A stretch of DNA of 64,000 nucleotides from positions 34,274,388-34,338,387 of the forward strand of contig NC_092670.1 in NCBI RefSeq assembly GCF_964355755.1. Direction: 5' to 3'. This stretch comes from Antedon mediterranea (taxonomy: Eukaryota; Animalia; Echinodermata). Below the pieces are notes generated by a model that had not been told where the DNA came from, did not search any database, and saw only the letters and a list, made by a program, of their open reading frames with translations. Shown in pieces: positions 23,706 to 38,500 of the stretch (positions are counted from its first letter, which is position 1; every line of letters begins with the position of its first letter). The translations under genes were made by a program, and so were the position numbers.

Positions 23706-26499
23706 TCAAAACTCTGTTCCAACTTTAAGCACATTGTCTTCTGGCAGTAATTTCTCAGCCTCGAATTCAGACGCGAATCTATCCTCAGTAGGAGTAACAT
23801 CTTGGCTAGTTAAGGCATCGGTAGCTTCTAATGTACACTGGTCTTGAAATTGCTTTGGCAGTGAAACTTCGGACTCGAAATGATTGGTTGAGATTTTTAA
23901 CTTTAACTGAGGTCGCTCGTCGTTAATCTTAAAACTTGGTATAATTGACACCCCTTTTTGATATGTGTCATCATCTTCGTCAACAGCGCACACAATGTTG
24001 TCGGTGTTGTCGTCAAACACACTATCAATATCATCCTCTTCATTGTTCGTTGGATCGGTACCGTCATTTAATTCAGATTTTTGTATAGAACCATATTTCT
24101 TATAATCAGGTACCATTTCAGCTGTACTTGGGGAGTAACATTCAGAGCTGGATGCCGTACCAGAATCAATTCCTGTGTTTCCAGCGTCGGATGTTTTCTT
24201 ACGTGAACATTGTTCATACTGATCCTGTGAATATAAATAAATATATATAACAAAAAAATTGTGATATTTATTAAGGTTTTTGCATTAAATACCATTCAAG
24301 AAATAGCTTGAAAAAATTATATATAAACCTATTATAGTTTGAATAGGATATACACTTGCCAAAGCAAAAGAATGCCATTATGGCTGCCATCTTGGATCCA
24401 AGATGGTGGACAATTTTTCTCATTTATTTTATTCATTTGACTTTATTTCACGAGGGTATCTCTAACAGCTGCACTACAAATGTACAGCTGACTTGAAAGG
24501 CCCTCTACAAAAACATAATATATAAACATCATATAAGAATAAGTCTGATTAAAATTAAATTCATGATCTGTATAAAAAATAAAATATTAAATTAAGATAT
24601 GGTAACATTAATCAAAATTTTAAATCCATTATATAAATACATGGCACCTTCCCAGGACCATTCTGGTCATTTTGATATCCCAATGAAGCAAACATATAAA
24701 TGCCTCTCTTATAATATAGATATACTCTAGACCACATATTTATTTTGAATTTGAGATGAGAGACGACATTTTCTCCATAATGCATTCTACAGACACTCTG
24801 CAGATACTGTATAACATTTCCCTTTACCTTGACTTTCTGTAGTTGAGCAAGTACATCAGCTACATCCCCAACTGATGAGGGCGCTGTCAGACCTACTTCA
24901 GAAAACAATGGAAAAATGTCTGGTGGATGACTGATGCTCTTAATCTGAAAGTAAAAAATAAAACTGCTTAGACTTTTCTTTCATTGAGATACTATACTAA
25001 GCATACAATTTAATCAATTATTTTCAAAACTGACAAACAAAAACAAAAGTTTCAGTATGAAATCTGGTGAGATGAAAGTCTCAATATTATACAAATAATA
25101 AAATAAATGTTTATGAATGCAATGGTACAAATAATTTCATGAGGTGAAAAAAGAACATTTCGTCTTTTACCAAATGAAATTATTTGTTCCATTGCACACA
25201 TATAAAGCATTCATTTATTATCCAATCAAATGACCAGAATCTACTCAGGTGTGTTATAATTAATGTATGATATGTGATGATATATATCCTGCATTATTGG
25301 GAAATATATATATATATATATATCTTTTTAAGCATACCCTCCATGACGGTTTTCGGTTGCGCATCTTAGCTTGTTTTTTCCTCATCCTGGTCACGTTACC
25401 AGCAAACATCCATTCATCTTCCTCGTTCTTCTTGCGTATAATGACACGAACAACATCTTCATTAAAAGAGGACGATGTTGAAAGTGAGGTATCTATTAAA
25501 AGAGGTTATAATAAACTTAGTAGGGAAAACTGTATGTTTTTTCCAGCAGTGTAAAAAAAAACTTTACCACAACAATAAAATCCTTTTTAAATTCTTATAT
25601 GATATGAAGTTTATGAGCACTAGTGTATTTAAGATATAACAAAAGCATAATGTAAGAAAATCTCATAGATCACTATTGATTGCGTACCATCATTCTATTT
25701 TAGTCTTCAGTGTACTAAAGCTCTGTCTACACTATCAAACTTTATGTGACAAAAAGTAGTGATATGCCCAAATATGGTAGTGATATGACATCAGTATGTC
25801 CATATATGGGCACATCACATTCTTTTTCACATAAAGTTTGATAGTGTAGACAAAGCATTAGGTCTTCTTCTTAGGTATATTTTTCAACAATTGCATATAA
25901 AAACATAAATGGCAGCACAAGGCTGATACACAAATTCACATGTAATTAGTCTACAAAGACAAGAAAAAAACAAAAAAACAGAAACCACTTAAAGATACCT
26001 AAACCAGTTAAGGAATGACTCATTACAGTTTGTTTAGCATAGCAGTTTGGTAATAAAGGAGACAAGGTGTCAAGTCATGATGATGTCATATCACTACCAT
26101 ATTTGGGAACATCACATTTTTTTTTTCAAACTTATTTGATAGTGTAGACAGAGCTTAAGACTAGTCACAACTTGTTTTGGCATAATCTTGCAGACAGACA
26201 GACAGCCAAGTACATAATCAATATCTTATTTTTAAATCCAAATTGTTTATTGTTTCTATAAATAATATACTACTAGAAAGTTCCTGACTGTTCTTTCATT
26301 GGTTTTACATTGTTTCCTATTTCTATAAATAACAATTTTTTATTTCTAGAATGTTGAATATGTTTCTGTAGGTTTACATAGAAGGGCATATTCATACAGT
26401 GGATTTTTGTTTTCTGATGAGGATATTTGTATCATGGCAAGGACAACATCCCACCACGTCTCCCTCTGGTGAGGACATCTTTAAGGAACAGTAATTAAT

Positions 26500-26546
<47 letters not shown>

Positions 26547-29500
26547 CACTTGGTGGGTAAATATAGGTGTTTTTTTTACTAATCTCAGGATCCCGATCGC
26601 ATTCCTGATCACCCTCTAAATAAATTCTTTAAAGACACCTTCCCTACAATTTGTGACGTTTTGTAAAAATAATACATATATATTACTTTAAAAACATTAA
26701 ACCAGATCATTCCTTGTCTTAAATGTACGTTTTATGGTAAATTATGATAAAAAGTGACAAACTATGCACTACCTACAGTAAGTAGCTCGCGGCGACTGAC
26801 CTCTCGTGGGCGGTCTTAGGCCTAGCCTAGCTAGGCTTAGTTTTGTAGGCCTAGCTGGTAAACATCGGTAACGTACGAACATCGTACGCTAGCTATATAC
26901 CTAGCCTGACGTTGTTTAGTTGCTGCATTAATTGTCTTTCTATTTTTGCCAGAGTCCGTTGATACAAATTGGGGAAAACCCGGTATTTTCGCTGAAAAGT
27001 TAGGAGTCTTCCATTTGTTTTGGCCTCACAATCGATCGAAAAGTGGGTGAATTACAGAAGAAAAACAAAAATATCAATCCGCACGCAATGCATTTTGGGA
27101 TTTATAGCGGGCCGCTATAATTATTAGAATCGACTTATTTTACACATTTTTAACCATTTAAAGACGAAAAAAGTTATCGCAATAGGACCATATAGTATTA
27201 TTTTTACATTAAATATAGTTTGTGATCTTAAATTAGATCTAAAAAACGTAGGGAAGGTGTCTTTAAGCTTAGCCAAACTGGTAGAATGATCACTCTGAAT
27301 CAAAACACTAAACATTGCTGACAATCATTTGTTTATAATTCTATTCTTGTATTTAATAGCAAGTTTATAAGATCTCTTTAGATTCATTGATCACATGGTT
27401 TTTTTTTGTATTCATTGTATAATTGTATGTAAATCAAATTGTAAACAAACCAATTTCATTTGTACCTCGTTGTTGATAATACTGTACATATGGTTATCGT
27501 ATCGTATGTTAAATAAAATCAAAATCTAGGAAAAGATGGCCGCCATAATTCGCTAAAATCACTGTAGATCACAGAAAGCATTGATTCTGGCCCTGGTGTT
27601 GAACCATGGGCCTATAAAATGTGATAGAGAAATGCACTACAATACTTACTGGTTGGAAAATGACTAGAGCTAGCAGCAGCATCTTGAATGGGAGGTACGA
27701 AGAGAGAGTTCCTATCTGTTAAAGTATGGTTTTGCCCTGAATCAGTGCTATCACTTCTGCATCTTACGAGGTAGATGTTTAATATGTTGCAAACTTTTAA
27801 CTTGTAGGAGAACGGCTCGGAAACTTGTTCCTTAATTTTCTGTTTTCTACAAATTTAAGAAAAAAAAATGTTTTCATAAATAATTTTTTTTTTTATTTCA
27901 ACAACATTTAATGAGGATGGTTCATTCGGCCAAAGCTGATCATCAGTACAATACAATTTGACAAAACAATAACATGAAAATATAACAGTTGACAACAATT
28001 AAAAATAAAACAAAAATGATTAGAAATTTATTTTAATAATAATAATAAAGCAAAGAATAAATGGTAATTCAATTAATCACATGGACATTAACAGGATATG
28101 CCTTATTTGGGCATTATTCATGTATTTCCAAATATGGTTATCATTTACTTTCCAAATATGGTTATCCTTTACTTTCCAAATATGGTTATCCTTTACTTTC
28201 CAAATATGGTTATCCTTTACTTTCCAAATATGGTTATCCTTTACTTTCCAAATATGGTTATCCTTTACTTTCGAAATATGGTTATCCTTTACTTTCCAAA
28301 TATGGTTATCCTTTACTTTCCAAATATGGTTATCCTTTACTTTCCAAATATGGTTATCCTTTACTTTCCAAATATGGTTATCCTTTACTTTCCAAATATG
28401 ATTATTTTTTACTTTCCAAATATGGTTATCCTTTACTTTTCAAATATGGTTATCCTTTAAGCTTGGTTCCCACTAGAACGTAATGCAAGGACGTAAACGC
28501 AACGCAAGCGTTTTAACCAATGACAAGCGAAGTTATAAACAGTTAGCAATCACAAGCGAATAAGCCATCGCTTGTGATTGGTCAATTCACTTGCGTTGCG
28601 TTACGTCCTTGCGTTGCGTCACTAGTGGGAACCACGCTTGACTTTCCAAATATGGTTATCCTTTACTTTCCAAATATGGTTATCCCTTTACTTTTCAAAC
28701 CCTTATTATGACATCCCCTATATTCATTGCTGGTATTATTTCCAATTCTTTATTTTTGGATGCCAACGGTATTTGTTTTATTTTATCCTATCACTTTTGT
28801 TTTCAAACTTACAATTCTCTGTGTTTCGCTTCGCGTTGTAGTGTCTTCTGTCGTTCGTTTTGCTCACGTAGCATTGCACGTTGTTCGTGGAACTGCTTTA
28901 GCTCAACTTGATAGTTTGCTTGAATTTTTCGTTTTTGGCTGTACAGTTCATCAATTTCTACAAGAAGCATTAAGAAACTATTAACATTATTTATTGATGG
29001 TGCAGAAATATACTGACAATATCATGGAATTCGAAATATATATATAGAATGTGTCAAAGGTCAAGAGAGAATGACTCCGCCCAAGTTTTTTTTACATTTA
29101 GAGAAATACAGCTATAAGTATAAAATAATAATAAATAAATTCTGCTATACTCGTAATTCTCTGTCTATACTATCAAACTAGTTTGATGAAAAAAGTGTGA
29201 TGTGCCCAAATATGGTAGTGATATGCCAAAATATGGTAGTGATATGACATCATCATGTGCACATAGGGGACACATCACAGTTTTTTAGACAAATGCATGT
29301 ATTGGACAAAGCATGTATAAACTTAACCAAGGACATTAGGAAGCATGTTATAGCATCTCTTTTCTAGCCCTCATTTATTACCTTTCTTTAGGCTAGTGCA
29401 TTCTACAGTAGCCTGGCTTCGCACTTCTTTCAGCTGTTTCTTGACTTTATGCTCTTCTTCACTCACCCTACTAATCTCTTTGAAAAGTTTCTGTTTCAAA

Positions 29501-32500
29501 ACAAAATCATAGTTAATTATAATGCCAAAACTCTGTTTACACTATCAAACTAGTTTGACAAGAAAGGTGTCTGTGCCCAAATATGGTAGTGATATGCCCA
29601 AATATGGTAGTGAAATGACATCACCATGTCCATAATGTGCACATCACATTTTTTTGTCACATAAAGTTTGATAGTGTAGAAAGAGCTTAATTAATAGTAT
29701 AAGGGGTGATGTCCGTGATCCTTGATGTGAAGCTTGTGTCAATAGGCTTAGGGCCTGTTCGTAGGGGTTGAAAATACCAGCTTATTCCCGATTTCCGTTC
29801 GCGTGATCCAATTAACTTTTGCCTCAGGCTACAAAAAATTCGAGGTAAAATGTTCACCAAATTTGCAGGTTATTTCAGCGATAATCCAATTATACTCGGC
29901 CTTCGAGGATAATAAATCTCCGATAGAGGCAATGTGTCAAATTTTGACAAACGTTCGCTGCCTAGGCCCGTCATTTCTCCTACGAAGCTCTTCCATACAC
30001 GCTTCGAGAGCGATCGTCAGCTGGTGCTGTCCTTGTTGGTGTAGACCGCTTAGTAGGCCTAGCTGGTCGGGGAGCCGCTGGTCGGGGAGCCGCTGGTCGG
30101 TGGTGTTTCCGTCGTGTAACATTGGGCTCAAATTCTTCGTCAATGAGTAAAATAATGGTCGTCAGGAGAAGGCATATTTCGGCAGGATTATCGGCGTTAA
30201 GAGGCATAAGGTTTGTCGCAAGGATAAGCAGTGTAAAAGGTAGCAAGTAATTGTTATTGTAAAGAAAGATCGCGAGTAAAAAATATACAACACGAAACTA
30301 GCGTGCGAAAATGGGGTTGTAGGTTGTAAAGACAACTGACCTTAAAACGTAATTTCCGGTTTGTGATTCGTCGATTAAGCATTTAAGCGGTTAAATATTT
30401 CAAGTACGAACAACGCTCAATTTATAACCCGAGGCATGGGTGAAATTAAGCGCTTATTTTAACCACCGTACGAACACGACCTTAGACTAGAGTAGGTAAT
30501 CACAATATACTAAACAATATCTGCTACCCATTGTGCCAAAAGCCACAAACCACTAACCACATTATGGTGGAGTCTGTCTGGCCTTGGCCTATTATGAAAT
30601 TGTCAGTCCACAATAAAAGAGCAATTCCTGGTCTGTCTATCCCAACTCATTTTTTTTTATTTACACGGATGAACGAACAAGGGTAGTGTTGTTTAATTAA
30701 ATTTTACTGTATTGAGCAACATCATAATAATGATGATACCATGCTTAAAACAAATTATTTTTCTAAAAATTTAACTAACTTACTTCCCTCTCTGCTCTTA
30801 ATCTATTCTTCTTTGCTATTTCCACATCGAGTTCTTCTTTTTCACCTATATACTCCCTGAATAAACAGAAATAATAGTATATACAAAATATTTTAAGTAT
30901 GTATTTAATTGAGAATTACAGTAATTCATAGATAGATATTGTGAATACTTTACAACAAGGGTATAAGAATTGATCTATGAACAATGTAAACAGGATATGC
31001 CTTATTCGGTCATCATGGCTTTAATTCCAAATATGGTATTGCAGTAAAACTTTGAATAGACAGATATGGAAATGAAAAAATAGCAAGAATTCTGAAAATG
31101 GCAGCTTTGAAAGACCATGAGTGCATTTAGTCGAAAGTTCACATAGAATCATAATATTATGGTAAACAAAGTGAAAGGGTTACAATTAAGACAAGACTGC
31201 ATTTTCAGAAGGTAGTTATACTGGAAGGCCAAATTCTACCCCTTTCACACCAAACTCTGCAGTGATCTCCAGAGACACCCCAGAGTTTGTGACCATTCAA
31301 AACGTTGATAACTCCCGGAGAGACCCTATTCACATTAAAATTGTAAATACCGCCCTCTATTTTGTTTGTTTACATAGCAACAAAGCAATGATTGATCATG
31401 TATGGATGACCTTTTGACCTAAAAATTCTGGTGTAAAAGGTGTATTACAGTAGATAGACAGTAGACCAGACAATTCTCAATTTATATCAGCTACCGTATT
31501 CAATATTAACATTTTTTTTATTGTAGCAAAGTTGTTTAGTAAAATATTTTTTGTTTACTACTAACCTAAGAGTTTTCTTGGATCTTTTGAGACGGTCTAT
31601 TTCATGTACGATCCTCGTTTCTTCTCGTACGGTAAAGTGATTCTTTTCCAGCTGGTACTCTAGTCTCTTTATCATAGACTCTAACTTGTCAATGGACCTT
31701 GCAGGCTGCCGTGCCTGTTTTTTGGACAATTCATCACTCTGGAAAATACATTAATAATTGTTAACGTCTGAACAAAAGTTTACTTACTTCGAATTAAGTT
31801 GTGAATCCAAGTTTTCTGAAGTCTTTCCATGACTGTGTTTGATTTGCATTCTATTCTCTCAAATTGGTCAGATAGTACTGTACATTTGAAGACACCACCA
31901 AAAAAGTGTCCCCCCTTAATTTGGGTGTCCGTAGTATTAAAATATATTCATCAACAAGTGTCCACTGAACAAGGGTGTCCCAAAGGAGGGGTTTACTGTA
32001 GAAATAAATAAATTTCTTAGAAACTGAGCAAAAATGCATAGAGCAAGCAGCAGGGGGTGCCCTATCCAATATTTTGGCATAGGTTTCTTTGCCAACCCAT
32101 GACATGCAATTAAATAAAGACAAAATAATTTTTTTTCTAAATACCTTTCTATTAATGGCACTACTCATAACTTTAAGCCGTTCATCAATTTCTTTCCTCT
32201 TTTTCATCTTATTTTCTTTGTCTTCTTTTAATGTGTTTAATATATGCGTTTTCCTTTCTTGTGAACTTGACGGGCTGACATTTTCAGCTGAGTGTGCCTT
32301 CATAAATTTCTATGTTTACAATGTTAAGAACAATTTATCAGTATCATTTGTTACATGTATCCAGAAACACAATCAGATTTGTGTGTACCATGGGTATATT
32401 CTGAATTTTGGGGTGTGGAGTGGTCCTCACCACTGAGGGAGATGAAAGAGGATGTCCTCACTTGGGGGAGGGAGAGATAGAAGGGGAGGTGTTCTCACTG

Positions 32501-35500
32501 GGATGCCCTTGAAATTAGAAAACAAAATCCTTCTGCATCAATGCCTTTTTTGTACAATTCAAGAAGAGAATTGTACCAAGTAATACACTAAAACCTTCAT
32601 TGTAAAGGATACAAGTTTTTGCTCCAGACGTTGTATCCTTAGGACGAGGGCTTCAATTTGCTGATCACATGCTTTTTTGCTAGGTGGGTGAATCTTTCTT
32701 CTTGCATCTGAAAGAAAATAAAATTTAATGTTTTAAAGTTATCTAAACAGCATTTCAAACCACCAGCTGTATGAATTCATTCATCATCGTAATCCAATTC
32801 ATTGATTATTTCTTATTTAAATTTTGTCATATCTATCCCAATCCTCAAAAAGCTTAATTCCCACAAGAGACTCAACACAACGACGTAACGCAATGTAAGG
32901 GATTTAACTAATCACAAAGGATGGATTTTTCGAACTGTCACTTGTCATTGATCAATTCCCTTGTGTTGCATCTACATCCTCACAACCAAGCTTTAGTAAC
33001 CAGCCTAAACCAAGATAAAAACCATCCACTAAGCTTTAGTAACCAGCCTAAACCAAGATAAAAACCATCAACTAAGCTTTAGTAACCAGCCTAAACCAAG
33101 ATAAAAACCATCAACCAAGCTTTAGTAACCAGCCTAAACCAAGATAAAAACCATCAACCAAGCTTTAGTAACCAGCCTAAACCAAGATAAAAACCATCAA
33201 CCAAGCTTTAGTAACCAGCCTAAACCAAGATAAAAACCATCAACCAAGCTTTAGTAACCAGCCTAAACCAAGATAAAAACCATCAACTAAGCTTTAGTAA
33301 CCAGCCTAAACCAAGATAAAAACCATCAACCAAGCTTTAGTAACCAGCCTAAACCAAGATAAAAACCATCAACCAAGCTTTAGTAACCAGCCTAAACCAA
33401 GATAAAAACCATCAACCAAGCTTTAGTAACCAGCCTAAACCAAGATAAAAACCATCAACCAAGCTTTAGTAACCAGCCTAAACCAAGATAAAAACCATCA
33501 ACCAAGCTTTAGTAACCAGCCTAAACCAAGATAAAAACCATCAACCAAGCTTTAGTAACCAGCCTAAACCAAGATAAAAACCATCAACCAAGCTTTAGTA
33601 ACCAGCCTAAACCAAGATAAAAACCATCAACCAAGCTTTAGTAACCAGCCTAAACCAAGATAAAAACCATCAACCAAGCTTTAGTAACCAGCCTAAACCA
33701 AGATAAAAACCATCAACCAAGCTTTAGTAACCAGCCTAAACCAAGATAAAAACCATCAACCAAGCTTTAGTAACCAGCCTAAACCAAGATAAAAACCATC
33801 AACCAAGCTTTAGTAACCAGCCTAAACCAAGATAAAAACCATCAACCAAGCTTTAGTAACCAGCCTAAACCAAGATAAAAACCATCAACCAAGCTTTAGT
33901 AACCAGCCTAAACCAAGATAAAAACCATCAACCAAGCTTTAGTAACCAGCCTAAACCAAGATAAAAACCATCAACCAAGCTTTAGTAACCAGCCTAAACC
34001 AAGATAAAAACCATCAACCAAGCTTTAGTAACCAGCCTAAACCAAGATAAAAACCATCAACTTTTGCAAAATACAATAACATAAAACGCTAACGCAAGCG
34101 AATTGACATGGCGAAGAGGCATTCCGATAATCCATTGCTTAATGTGATTGTTTTTGCTTTGCATTCTTTCTAGTGAGACCATGCTTTAGTATAAAAATTC
34201 TTTAAATCAGACATTGACACTCCAAATTTTGGAGAATTAGGACAGACAATTAAATAATTTAACAGACAGAATAATACAATAGTAGATGGTACAAAAAAAT
34301 TTACTGTACACAGTACATATTCTAACCATTGCACACAAAACCAAGCTTGATTACATTTTGTATTCTTAAAATCTATCAAAAATTCACCTATGCATATATT
34401 ACACATAATATACCATAAAGGTAATTAATTAGGTATCTACTACTATTATTCAAGCCATCAATGTCACTGACACTATAATAATACACCTGGATACTAAATT
34501 GTGCAACAATTGCATTATGATGACATCAGCAGTTCAATTTATTGACATATGCACCATGCATTGACTGTTATGCTGTAGTAGCCTACCACTAGAAAATGAA
34601 TCATCACGCTTTACAGTTTCTAATTGGATGATTACCTCCTTAAGGCTAATTCTAGGCATGTCAAAAAGGTTTCTACTTTCATGGTACATTAACAATGGTT
34701 AGAAACGGTAACACCCTATTAAAGTACTGTAGCGTATTGTAAATACAGTAGACGTCTATTAATATCAATTTAACTACAGAGTGTACCAATAAGAAAAAAA
34801 TACATTTTGCTCAGATTAAATGAGAGGTTCCTACTGTACACTTTTGTTTTTGCGATAAGGGGAAAATTCATCACAATAGTAAAGTTGTTAAGCACATTTA
34901 CCATTACTTCCGCTGAAAAAGTAGTGGTGTAAAGGGTCGTTCACACCTGTTCCGGCACGGTTGCGGTCCGGCGAATCGAACATCAATGTTTTGTTTTCAC
35001 GCGGCTATGCGCCAATCGATATGTGCGTAGCCGCGTGAAAACGAAACATTGACGTTCGATTGGATTTTCCGGCGCCGGACCGGAACCGTGCCGGAACAGG
35101 TGTGAAAGACCCTTAATGTAGTGGAGCTGTAGCTTAGTGGTTAACGTGCTTGCCTTCCAATCCCAAGGTCCAGGGTTCGATCCTGACCTGGGCCAGGGTT
35201 CAATCCTGACCTAGTGCCAGGGTTGTAACTCACAACTCTTTCAACTCCACTCTATAAGCCTCAAACTTAGTTTAATAAAGCACGATAAATTACAAAATAG
35301 TTTGTCCATCCTGTAAATGGCAAGTTACTCGCTGTTGGATGAATAAGAAAAATGGGGTTTTTTTTTAAAAGGAGGGACCCTCATACACAGATTTTCACAA
35401 TTATACTGGCACAATCATTAATAACAAATTTACAAATGCTACACTCTACACACTAATTGTACTACTACTATGTATATTATTACAAAATCTTTACTATTAT

Positions 35501-38500
35501 AGCTTTTTGGTTGAAAATACAATTCACTTTGTGTGTTATTTTATATATGGATATTGTACAGTACCTACAGTACCAGCACCATCCACAATGCTGTTATAAT
35601 GGCTACTCAATTCAACAAAACATTACATAATGCTTAATAGTTAACACATTGTATTAAATATTTTCCCAATAAATACTGTACAACCATGTATTAAAACAAG
35701 GATCCTATGAATTTATTATACACATGTTTTTAGAGCCAAGTCTTCCAGAACTGGACAGCCATATGTGCGGACACAAAATGTCCTTGTTCAAAAACATTTT
35801 AATATTTCAGAAAACAAATTTTGGTTGGTTATTGAGCAGTGCATCAGTCATGCTTCAACTTATACTTCACTTGATAACCAGGCCCTCAGCCTAACCTAAG
35901 GGGTGTGGCTTTTGGTACAAAATGCACCCCACCTTATACACAATGCCGCCCTGACCGATGACCGTTATGTTCCATTCCCTTGGAATTTCCCTCCCTCCAA
36001 GTCGCAGATTTACAGTGCGGGCTAAAACGGCTTTAGTTTCCTTCCCACCAAAAAAAATAGAATACGGACTACGCATTGAAAGCAAAACAAAACACTATCA
36101 AACCTCACAGAACACACATTTTAAGAAATTTAAAAATAGTTACGTCTAGACGTCACTGTGTTTACTGGCAAAGAAGTATGTTCAATTTGCTGATTGCTGC
36201 AGGCAATACATACAGGGCCAACTCAACTAGTGGGAGGTGCCATTTTATCATGAATTTTCAGGGAATAATTTTGCCAGTGTAGCATAGCAAAAAGCTATAC
36301 AAATCAAATTTAATGCTACACATTTATAAATTGTGTAGCAAAAAATACAATACAAAACTATGTTTCTCGACTCAAAAATCAGTTTGATTAGCAATATTGC
36401 TAAACAAAAATTTTAAAATGAAATTTACCATAATCTAGGGTTTTTATTTACCTAAATTCACTTCATTCAACTATAATTTGACTAAATAAAAGTAATTATT
36501 TAAAGTAAAGGAACACACACAGAGTGCCTACTGTTTTATTTAACAGGATTTACCAGGGTTTTTATTATGTATTAAGTTTCTTTTCAATCTCTATCTATCT
36601 ATCTACAATAGGTTGGGTTTTTGTTCTGCCTACAGTACTTTCAACTTCAAACAAGGGATGACATTTAAAATACAATTCTTGAATCAAAGTGAAATTGTTA
36701 GAACTCAACAACAACCAAAAGACAAGACAACACAACTGAAGGGAAATGTTAAAGTTTCAACCTATTGTAAAAATTATACAATTGTTTATGCTTAGATTTC
36801 TACCTGTCAATAGTTTTTATTGTTTGTACTTGTTCTCAGCAACATGATTAAACTCATAATATAGAAGTAGGTCAGCCCTTTCAATAAGCTACAGATGAGT
36901 AACACTTTAACAAAACAGTAAACACAATAGGTAATAAAAGAAATACTAAAGTTCAAGCGGAATGTGAAAATTGTTTTTTTTAACTTGAAATATTTTTATA
37001 AAAATATATTTTTTTTTATATATTTTTACTTACTAGCTAAAATATTAAGTTTTACTTTATCATTTATCCACAAACAAGTTTTAAGCCTACAAATTATAAC
37101 TACTATAATACTCAAATGTTTTTACTGCATTTTTTATTAGTTATTATTACTGTAGTTATTATTATTACAGAATGTCTGGATAAACTTCATTTCTTTTTTT
37201 TTTTAAAGGGGAAGAGAAGAACAGGCCTTTTGAATCCACCTATGTTTAAGTATAACTACATCTGAGGTATGATCAATTAAAAAGTGTTTTTTATTTATTC
37301 ACCTACGCTGTACGTTTACAGTTACATATTTTGTTAGCACCAATGTACAATGTAGTTTTGATCATGGTACAATTTCAAGGGCAACATACTTATTTATTTC
37401 CGCTACTAAACCAAAACAGGAAACCACTTACAAAAAACGGGCATATAACACACGACAATCAGCTGAGACAATAAACCTTTGGGTTCGTCTCATTTCAATT
37501 ATTTTTTCCTAGTTAAATAAATAACTACAGTAAGTAATTGCAGTTGAAGATTTAAATTGAGATACTTTTTTTTTATTTCCTTTTTGGAGAGTTTCAGATC
37601 AAAAAACCATGTTCTCACAAAATTAATTATGTATTCATCTGAATGGGTCATTTATTGATTTCCTTGAATAAACGCCACGCCACATTCATGTACACAATAC
37701 TACTGTAAATCTATTTGTAGTATGTACAATATATTTACAGCATTTGATACAATTTGTATTGTGTTTTATTTGAGTAGGGCTATATGTTGTCAATTTACAC
37801 TTGGTCATGTTCGTTTTTATACGGTTTAAGCTTTAAATATATAAAAACAAAATCATGCTTTCTTAAGCTTTGTCTACACTGTCAAACTTTATGTGACAAA
37901 AAATGTGATGTGCCCATATATGGACATGATGATGTCATATCTCTACCATATATCACTTCCACTTTTGGGTACATCATATTTTTTTTGTCACATAAAGTTT
38001 GATAGTGTAGACAGAGCCTTAGAAAAGATTGAATTACAAAAGTGTTTTGGTGCAAGTATGTATGTTGTCAGGATGAGCTCAAGCAAAGATTGACCTTCGT
38101 CAGTGATACGAGTTTGCAGATGGCACTGTTTGAGAAACGAAAAAGATCCTTTAAATGCCACTCTCAAAGAAATGCCTTCCTATTGAATCTCTTCCGTCAC
38201 AGAACCACCTCTGTCCCTTCAACCAAAATATATATATATTTCCAATATATTCAAATCCAATCTTCTAATAACTATTTATTAACAGTTGAAGTCATGTCTC
38301 AGGTCCATTCTATAGTTACTGTACTGTAGTAGTCTTCTTCATAAGTACTTTAGTGAATTAAATGGGTGGCTAGTTTGTGACAAGAACGCTAGTGTCGATC
38401 ATACCCAGTACCATTTACTATCATTCAGGAAAACACCCCACACTGCCTTACAATGTGTACCACTGCACTGTATCACTGTCAGTACAGTATATGAACCTTG

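Noticed and set aside
26275-26480. Extra exons of the Bfr1-like gene
   Set aside because: The required phase hits stops; 27650 splices in frame directly to 25492.
28061-28483. Three overlapping repeat ORFs (SKYGYPLL, FQIWLSFT, FPNMVILY)
   Set aside because: Stop-free 24-bp minisatellite in an intron; no coding context.
32983-34060. CRISPR-like array
   Set aside because: Head-to-tail identical units with no unique spacers, no cas genes, eukaryotic intron.
35121-35200. Functional tRNA-Gly gene
   Set aside because: Acceptor and anticodon stems do not pair properly and the B box is duplicated; SINE head.
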